The notes under the pieces: generated by a model
Told to the model about the DNA's origin: nothing
Databases searched by the model: none
What the model saw: only the letters and a program-made list of their open reading frames with translations
Translations under genes and position numbers: made by a program
Shown here: piece after piece, positions 58,554-64,000 of the stretch
Position numbering within the stretch: the first letter of the stretch is position 1
Layout: each line of letters opens with the position of its first letter
Assembly (NCBI GenBank): GCA_046330135.1
Contig: JAXLTI010000004.1
Coordinates: 1,174,394 to 1,238,393, forward strand
Length of the DNA: 64,000 nucleotides
Reading direction: 5' to 3'
DNA from: a bacterium
GTDB lineage: Bacteria; ARS69

Positions 58554-58834
58554 GTCCGCACCCTCCTTCCGACGCGGGTGGGCGCCCGGGCGTGACCGCC
58601 GCTCCGGGAACCCACCGGCAACGGGTGGAGGGGTGACCCGACCCGCGCCGGGTCCACGGCCAACGCCCCACTCGACGCCTGCCGCCCCGACCAAGCAACT
58701 GACACACTGGCAAGGAGTTGCGGGACGGTCCACGACGGTGGGGGCCGACCGCGAGAGTCGCCCTTCCCATCGCTCCGAACATCCCACGGAATTGCGCGCG
58801 AAGCAAGGGTCGTGCGAAGAGGCATAGGGGCGCA

Positions 58835-58975
58835 GCAGCGGTCCGCTGGACTGAGACGAGCCTCCGGCCAGGGTCAGTCGGGGTCGGGACGAGTCCTCCG
58901 GCGGCGCCGACGGGTCGTCGGCTGGACCCGGCCGGTGCGATCCCCTAGATTCCGGACAACGGAGATCTTGGAGGT
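58835..58975 (+). ncRNA. candidate TPP (THI-box) riboswitch in the thiC leader
   Basis: A 440-bp untranslated leader precedes thiC. It contains GGACUGAGACGAG (the CUGAGA box) and a downstream GGCUGGACCCGGCCGGUGCGAUCCCCUAGA segment that could form P4/P5 and close P1 against an upstream GGGGCGC. The pyrimidine-sensing ACCUGAUCYGG-UAAU box is not clearly recognisable, so this is low confidence. Confidence 0.25.
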
Positions 58976-58992
58976 CCCTGAAGGGAGGATCC

Positions 58993-60462
58993 ATGGCCAC
59001 GATCGAGCAGGGGATTCCCGCGGAAGCTTCCGCCATCGGGCGCGACGTGGGCGCGGGCTACGGCGATCTTGCGGGAATGACCCCCGTCGCGCCGCTCCGC
59101 TCCGAGTGGGTCGCGCGACGCCGCAATGACTCGGTGCGGACGCAGATTCGCTACGCGCGAGAGGGCCTCGTGACCGAGGAGATGTGGGTCGTGGCGCAGC
59201 GCGAGGCGCTCTCCCCGACCTTCGTTCGTGACGAGGTGGCGCGCGGGCGCATGATCATCCCCGCGAACGTCCACCACGAGAACCTCGTGCCGATGGCGAT
59301 CGGCATCCACGCGCGCTGCAAGATCAACGCGAACATCGGAAACAGCGCCGTCACCTCGGACGTCGAGGGCGAGCTCGAGAAGCTCCGGCGCTGCATCAAG
59401 TACAAGGCCGACACCGTGATGGACCTCTCCACGGGCGGCGGGATCGACGAGATCCGCGAGGCGGTCATCCGCCACAGCCCGATCCCCGTCGGGACCGTGC
59501 CGGTCTATGAAGCCGTGCAGGCCGTGCGCAAGGCGCAGGATCTGACCGCGGACGGGCTCGTGGCCACGATTCGCCACCAGGCGGAGCAGGGCGTGGACTA
59601 CATGACGGTCCACGCGGGCATCCTCCGCAAGCACCTCCCGCTCGTCGATCGGCGCATCACCGGCATCGTGAGCCGCGGCGGCTCGATCATGGCGATGTGG
59701 ATGCTCGCCCACCGGCGGGAGAACCCGCTCTACGAGCGCTACGACGAGATCCTCGAGATCTGCCGCGCGCACGACGTGTCGCTCTCGCTCGGCGACAGCT
59801 TGCGACCCGGCTGCATCCACGACGCGTCGGACGATGCGCAATTCGCGGAGCTGGACGTCCTGGGCGAGCTGACGGCTCGCGCGTGGGAGAAGGACGTGCA
59901 GGTGATGGTGGAGGGTCCGGGACACGTGCCCCTGGACCAGATTCCGATGAACATCCAGCGCCAGATCGAGGTGTGTCACGAGGCGCCGTTCTACGTGCTG
60001 GGTCCGCTCGTGACCGACGTGGCGCCCGGCTACGACCACATCACGTCGGCGATCGGCGCTGCGGTGGCGGGCCAGCACGGCGCGGCGATGCTCTGCTACG
60101 TCACGCCGAAGGAACATCTCGGGCTGCCGAAGGCGGCGGACGTGCACCAGGGCATCATCGCCTATCGGATCGCGGCGCACGCGGCGGACGTGGCGCGCGG
60201 GCGGCCGGGGGCGCGGGACTGGGACGATGCCATCTCCCGCGCGCGCTACACCTTCGACTGGCACGAGCAATTCGCGCAGTCCATGGACCCCGAGGTCGCC
60301 CAGTCCATGCACGACGAGGACCTGCCCCACGAAGCGTTCAAGACGGCGGAGTTCTGCTCGATGTGCGGGCCGAAGTTCTGCTCCATGAAGATCTCTCAGG
60401 CCGTCGACGAGTACAACGCGAAGCTCCGCCGCGGAGAGGTCGTCGGGACGGCGGCGCTGTAG
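58993..60462 (+). CDS. thiC: phosphomethylpyrimidine synthase
   Basis: 489 aa, conserved throughout ([14 protein letters not shown]-like VPVYEAV) with the C-terminal CxxCxxxxC radical-SAM cluster [11 protein letters not shown]. Confidence 0.95.
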   Translation: MATIEQGIPAEASAIGRDVGAGYGDLAGMTPVAPLRSEWVARRRNDSVRTQIRYAREGLVTEEMWVVAQREALSPTFVRDEVARGRMIIPANVHHENLVPMAIGIHARCKINANIGNSAVTSDVEGELEKLRRCIKYKADTVMDLSTGGGIDEIREAVIRHSPIPVGTVPVYEAVQAVRKAQDLTADGLVATIRHQAEQGVDYMTVHAGILRKHLPLVDRRITGIVSRGGSIMAMWMLAHRRENPLYERYDEILEICRAHDVSLSLGDSLRPGCIHDASDDAQFAELDVLGELTARAWEKDVQVMVEGPGHVPLDQIPMNIQRQIEVCHEAPFYVLGPLVTDVAPGYDHITSAIGAAVAGQHGAAMLCYVTPKEHLGLPKAADVHQGIIAYRIAAHAADVARGRPGARDWDDAISRARYTFDWHEQFAQSMDPEVAQSMHDEDLPHEAFKTAEFCSMCGPKFCSMKISQAVDEYNAKLRRGEVVGTAAL

Positions 60463-60606
60463 TCGGGCCGGGACGCCGCCCGAGACCGCGGTCGCGCGCT
60501 GCAGGGTGTGGAGGGGGTGCTCGACGAGCGCCCCGCTCCGAAGTAAATTTGCGACCGCTCAGTCCACTGTGATAGTCTGGGCGTCCCCCCTGAAAGAAGG
60601 CACGTC

Positions 60607-61212
60607 ATGGCCCGCGTGTCCGCGTCCCGGGCCGTCGCCGCGCTGGCGGCTCTCGGCCTGGCCGGTTGCATCACCTCTCCCGATCAGGCGCCCAAGCCGC
60701 ACGATCTGCCCGGCTACACCGACCCCTCGGCGTTCGTGCAGGCCTACGCCGCTTCGCTGCAGGAAAGAAACCTGGCCAACTACCGGAAGCTCCTCGCGGA
60801 TGAGTTCGAGTACTTCCCGAGGGCCGCGGATCTCCCCATTCCCTGGCTCGACGGCGACTCCTGGGGCTACGCCGACGAGCTCGGCATGATCGGACACATG
60901 ATGGACTCCGCGTTCGTCCCGAAGGACCCGGACTGCGGCGCCGTTCGCGCGATGTACGCCGAGCTCACGGTGTCCTCTCGGCGCGACGTCGGCGACGGAA
61001 CGATCGAGGTCGGGACCGTCGGTTTGATCCGCGTCGTCTGGGGCGCGGACGGCGGGGGGGTCGCGAACGCGCGCTTCGTCTTCGATCTCGCGAGGGGCGA
61101 GGACGGGTATCTCCGCCTGCGCGCCATGCACGAGCTCCCGCTGTTCCGGGAGGGATCCCTCGAGGTCACTCCCCGGACCTGGGCCGGTCTCAAGGCGGGC
61201 TACCGCGAGTAG
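60607..61212 (+). CDS. NTF2/SnoaL-like lipoprotein, member 1 of a tandem paralogue array; C-terminal W-x-x-LK-x-GYRE
   Basis: Lipobox LGLAGC. Family blocks Y.DP.A.V.AYA..L..R.L..Y..LL.D.F.YFP....LP.PWL.GDSWG...ELGMIGHM. Ends TPRTWAGLKAGYRE. Confidence 0.6.
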   Translation: MARVSASRAVAALAALGLAGCITSPDQAPKPHDLPGYTDPSAFVQAYAASLQERNLANYRKLLADEFEYFPRAADLPIPWLDGDSWGYADELGMIGHMMDSAFVPKDPDCGAVRAMYAELTVSSRRDVGDGTIEVGTVGLIRVVWGADGGGVANARFVFDLARGEDGYLRLRAMHELPLFREGSLEVTPRTWAGLKAGYRE

Positions 61213-61232
61213 TTGGAAGGGGAAGCGTCCCG

Positions 61233-61820
61233 ATGTCGCGCCCGTGCGTTCGAATCGCGAGCATCGCCGGCCTGCTGGGGCTCTTCGCGGCCGGATGCCT
61301 CACGGATTCCGACAAGCCGTCGGGCGCGGTGGCGGGCACCACGGATCCGGCGACGCTCGTGGCGAGGCACGCCGCGGCTCTCTCGCACCGCGACTACGAT
61401 GCCTATGCCGCGCTTCTCAGCGACGACTTCATGTTCTACCCGGGGTCCCTCGCCATCCTGGACACGAGCGACCTCCAGGACTTCCCCTGGCTGACCGGGG
61501 AGGGCGCGTTCGCCTGGGACCGCATCGGCGAGCTCGGCATGATCGGGCAGATGTTCGCGACGCCGAACACGTCGATCGGAGCCGCGTTCGAGGTGCTGAG
61601 CATTCGAGGCACGTTGGACGCGGGCTTCGACGTCGACACACACGCGACCTTCAGCGTGGCCTCGCGCACTTTCAGTGCCGAGGCGGACACGCGCCTCGTC
61701 TTGCGCCTCTCGAAGGCGCGCGACGGCTACCTGCGCATCCACTCGATCCGCGAGATCCCGCCGGAGCTCTTCTACGGGGGAGTGACCTGGGCTGCGATCA
61801 AGATGAGGTATGAGCCATGA
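61233..61820 (+). CDS. NTF2/SnoaL-like lipoprotein, member 2
   Basis: Lipobox FAAGC. Blocks TDPATLVARHAAALSHRDYDAYAALLSDDFMFYP and FPWLTGEGAFAWDRIGELGMIGQMF. Ends VTWAAIKMRYEP. Confidence 0.6.
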   Translation: MSRPCVRIASIAGLLGLFAAGCLTDSDKPSGAVAGTTDPATLVARHAAALSHRDYDAYAALLSDDFMFYPGSLAILDTSDLQDFPWLTGEGAFAWDRIGELGMIGQMFATPNTSIGAAFEVLSIRGTLDAGFDVDTHATFSVASRTFSAEADTRLVLRLSKARDGYLRIHSIREIPPELFYGGVTWAAIKMRYEP

Positions 61821-62947
61821 CCACCGCTCGCAACCTGCGCATCCTCCTGGGGCTGGGCGCCGCGCTCGCGTCGGCGGCGTGCGGGCACGACGACGGACCC
61901 ACGGCGCCGCCGCACTTCACGGAGCCCGCCGCGCTGGTCGGGGGCTACGCGACGGCCTTCACGGCGCGAAACGCCGGCGCATGCGTGGATCTGCTCGAGG
62001 CCGCGAGCGGTACGAGCGGCGGCTTCCGTTTCTTCCCGAAGAGCGAGGATCTTCCGGCCTTGGATTGGCTCGCCGGCGACAGCTGGGGCTACGAGCGCGA
62101 GGGAGGGATCCTCTCCAACATGCTCGACCGGACCTACGTGAGCGAGGCGGCGGCCGCCGCCGGGTTCACCGGCGTGGGCACGCTGACGCTCGAGACGGAC
62201 TCGACCACCCCGCTCGCGGGGCACGAGTACGACGTCCTCGCCTCGGGGACTTTCGCGATGAAGCGCGCCGCCCTTGCCGACGTTCTCTATCCCGTCGGGC
62301 TGCGCTTCGTGCTGGCGACGTCGACGGACGGCACCCTCGTGATCCGCGAGATGCACGAGCTGTCCATGGGGATGGACCGCTCGCCGGGCGCGCTGAGCTG
62401 GGGGACGGTGCAGAGCTGGTACCGCGAGCCGCCGCCGCGGTACACGGATCCGACCGCGCTGATCGCGGCGCACGCCGCCGCGCTCACGGATCGCGACCTC
62501 GAAGACTACGCGAGCCTCCTCGACGGCAGCTTCCAGTACTTCCCGCAGCCCCAAGACCTCAGCGATCTTCCGTGGATGACGGGCTCGTCGTGGGGGCGCT
62601 CGGACGAGCTTGAGATGATCCGCCACATGTTCGACCCGAGCTACGAGCCCATGGGCTCCCACGCGGGGAGCATCGACTCGATCCACGCGACCTTCCAGGT
62701 TCTCCACGTCCAGCCGGACTCCATCCTCGGTGGGACCCAGGTCTCGACGAGCGCCGTTCTTCAGGTGATGTACGACGCGTCGAGCGGCGCGGCGGCCAAT
62801 GTCCGATTCGACTTCCACCTCGTGTCGCACGACGGGCATCTCCTCATCTCGGAGATCCGCGAGCTGCCGCTCCACGCGCCGGCCCGTGACGAGTTGCCGG
62901 TCGAGCCGCAGACCTGGGCGAACATCAAGGCGCTGTACCGAGAGTGA
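61817..62947 (+). CDS. NTF2/SnoaL-like lipoprotein, member 3 (internally duplicated: two family domains in one protein)
   Basis: Lipobox LASAAC. ATGA overlap with member 2. First repeat ends ALSWGTVQSWYRE and runs directly into the second repeat PPPRYTDPTALIAAHAAALTDRDL...; the second ends PQTWANIKALYRE. Confidence 0.6.
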   Translation: MTTARNLRILLGLGAALASAACGHDDGPTAPPHFTEPAALVGGYATAFTARNAGACVDLLEAASGTSGGFRFFPKSEDLPALDWLAGDSWGYEREGGILSNMLDRTYVSEAAAAAGFTGVGTLTLETDSTTPLAGHEYDVLASGTFAMKRAALADVLYPVGLRFVLATSTDGTLVIREMHELSMGMDRSPGALSWGTVQSWYREPPPRYTDPTALIAAHAAALTDRDLEDYASLLDGSFQYFPQPQDLSDLPWMTGSSWGRSDELEMIRHMFDPSYEPMGSHAGSIDSIHATFQVLHVQPDSILGGTQVSTSAVLQVMYDASSGAAANVRFDFHLVSHDGHLLISEIRELPLHAPARDELPVEPQTWANIKALYRE

Positions 62948-62991
62948 CGGGCGTCGCCGAGCCGGAGTGCAGTGAACAGGAGGCAACCCAT

Positions 62992-63615
62992 ATGACCACC
63001 CCTCGTACCCTGAGTCTCTTCCTGGGGCTGACTGCCGCGCTCGCGTTGGCGGCATGTCACGACGACACCTCGACCGGTCCTCCGACCCACTCCGGTCCGC
63101 CGAGGTACAACAATCCGAACGCGTTGATCGACGCGCACGCGTCGGCGCTCACCAACCGCGATCTCGCGGCCTACACGAACCTCCTCGACGAGGGCTTCCA
63201 GTACTTCCCGCAATCGGAAGACCTCGCGGACTTGACTTGGCTGACGGGCGACTCCTGGGGACGAGCGGACGAGCTGGGGATGATCGGCCACATGTTCGAC
63301 CCGGACTTCCAACCTGCCTCGGGCATGCATGCGGGGAGCGTCGACTCGATCGACGCGACCCTCACCGTCGTGACGGTCCAGCCGGCGCCCACCGGCGTCG
63401 GGTACGTGGTCACGACGCACGCCGTGATCCGAGTGATGTACGACGCCTCGAACGGCGCCGCGACCGACGTCCGGCTCGAGTTCCACCTCGTGCCGCACGA
63501 CGGGTACTTCCTCATCTCGGAGATCCACGAGATGCCGCTTCACGCGCCGGCGCTGTCCGGGATGCGGGCGGTCGAGCCGTCCTCCTGGGGGCAAGTCAAG
63601 TCGCTGTACCGCTAG
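62992..63615 (+). CDS. NTF2/SnoaL-like lipoprotein, member 4
   Basis: ATG 62992 with AGGAGG RBS. Lipobox LALAAC. NPNALIDAHASALTNRDLAAYTNLLDEGFQYFPQSEDLADLTWLTGDSWGRADELGMIGHMFD. Ends PSSWGQVKSLYR. Confidence 0.6.
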   Translation: MTTPRTLSLFLGLTAALALAACHDDTSTGPPTHSGPPRYNNPNALIDAHASALTNRDLAAYTNLLDEGFQYFPQSEDLADLTWLTGDSWGRADELGMIGHMFDPDFQPASGMHAGSVDSIDATLTVVTVQPAPTGVGYVVTTHAVIRVMYDASNGAATDVRLEFHLVPHDGYFLISEIHEMPLHAPALSGMRAVEPSSWGQVKSLYR

Positions 63616-63635
63616 GCATGCGCGAGGGTCCGGCC

Positions 63636-64000
63636 ATGACCGACGCCAGACGGCTGGGCCACTTCCTGGGATGGAGCGCCGCGCTCGTGCTGACGGCGTG
63701 TCGGTGGCGGCCGACCGCTCTTCTCCTCCGCCGAGTTTCGCGACGGTGCAGGCCTGGTACCGTCACCCTCCGCGGAGGTACTCCGATCCGAACGCGCTGA
63801 TCGACGCGCACGCGTTTGCCCTCACGAACAAGATGTTCGACGAATACGTAGGCCTCCTCGACCCGTCCTTCGCGTACTTCCCGCCGCCCTGGGACGTCCC
63901 GGATCTCCCCGTCCGGCTCGCCTTGCGCACGCACGGCCGCCGGCGTTCGCGTCTCGACGGGCGGTGTGCCCCGGCGCCCCGAAAGGCCAAACCCTTGCTA
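63636..64000 (+). pseudogene. degenerate fifth copy of the lipoprotein family (frame-shifted), running off the window
   Basis: The lipoprotein-like N-terminus (MTDARRLGHFLGWSAALVLTAC) is in frame 0 and stops at 63800. Family sequence continues in another frame from about 63722 (SFATVQAWYRHPPRRYSDPNALIDAHAFALTNKMFDEYVGLLDPSFAYFPPPWDVPDLP), then diverges where W[LM]TGDSWG is expected. This is either a pseudogene or local sequence errors. Confidence 0.3.

Noticed and set aside
58554-59036. 5' 160 codons of the minus-strand table ORF 57921..59036
   Set aside because: It is Pro/Gly/Arg/Ser-rich with no structure. It lies across the thiC leader and possible riboswitch and overlaps the thiC start. 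The gene was trimmed to 57921..58553.

Overview
This 64-kb window is very GC-rich (about 70%) and gene-dense on both strands. It looks like a bacterial chromosomal segment from an uncultivated lineage. Several secreted proteins end in FlgD-Ig/T9SS-like C-terminal domains and carry cohesin/dockerin-like modules, which is common in Gemmatimonadota/Eisenbacteria-like genomes; the taxonomic assignment is inference only. I found no rRNA, tRNA, CRISPR array, transposase or integrase. The six-frame track contains many long Arg/Ala-rich ORFs that are antisense to recognisable genes; these are high-GC artefacts and were rejected.

Recognisable content, in order:
- A SAM-dependent methyltransferase (5' partial), gamma-glutamyltransferase and a sulfatase-like enzyme.
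- Two tandem paralogous secreted multidomain proteins (4230-7739).
- A minus-strand envelope cluster: double M16 peptidase, large polytopic membrane protein, SGNH hydrolase and GT39 glycosyltransferase, with coupled start/stop codons.
- An OmpA-family protein.
- A compact arsenic cluster (17429-22682): aquaglyceroporin, arsR, LMW-PTP arsC, ACR3, ArsP-like permease, small Trx-like CxxC protein, signal-peptide CxxC protein and a DsbD_2 membrane protein. Most genes are joined by 4-bp ATGA/GTGA overlaps.
- marR-dinB.
- A polysaccharide module: GT4, Wzy-like polymerase and Wzz-like chain-length regulator.
- An M24 peptidase, an HD-domain membrane protein and a cysteine desulfurase.
- A fused LeuC/LeuD-type aconitase-family protein.
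- A dihaem cytochrome c with a His-rich periplasmic partner.
- MsrP, an S9 peptidase and an enoyl-CoA hydratase.
- A complete F1Fo ATP synthase operon (atpZ-I-B-E-F-H-A-G-D-C).
- thiC.
- A tandem array of 4-5 paralogous NTF2-like lipoproteins at the 3' end.

Most interesting observations:
- A previously unrecognised, conserved signal-peptide-proximal domain (QQYGW...DPHxNTGG...CPxGP...) occurs three times in the window: standalone, N-terminal and internal.
- A short C-terminal tail, W-x-x-[IV]-K-x-[LM]-Y-R, is shared by the standalone domain protein and every member of the lipoprotein array. It could be a sorting or recognition tag.
- A C39-like cysteine peptidase gene is translationally coupled (ATGA) to a small signal-peptide, Cys-containing peptide gene and followed by a SAM methyltransferase. 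This is a possible RiPP/bacteriocin-like module.
- The arsenic cluster is unusually elaborated, with a dedicated thiol-disulfide relay.
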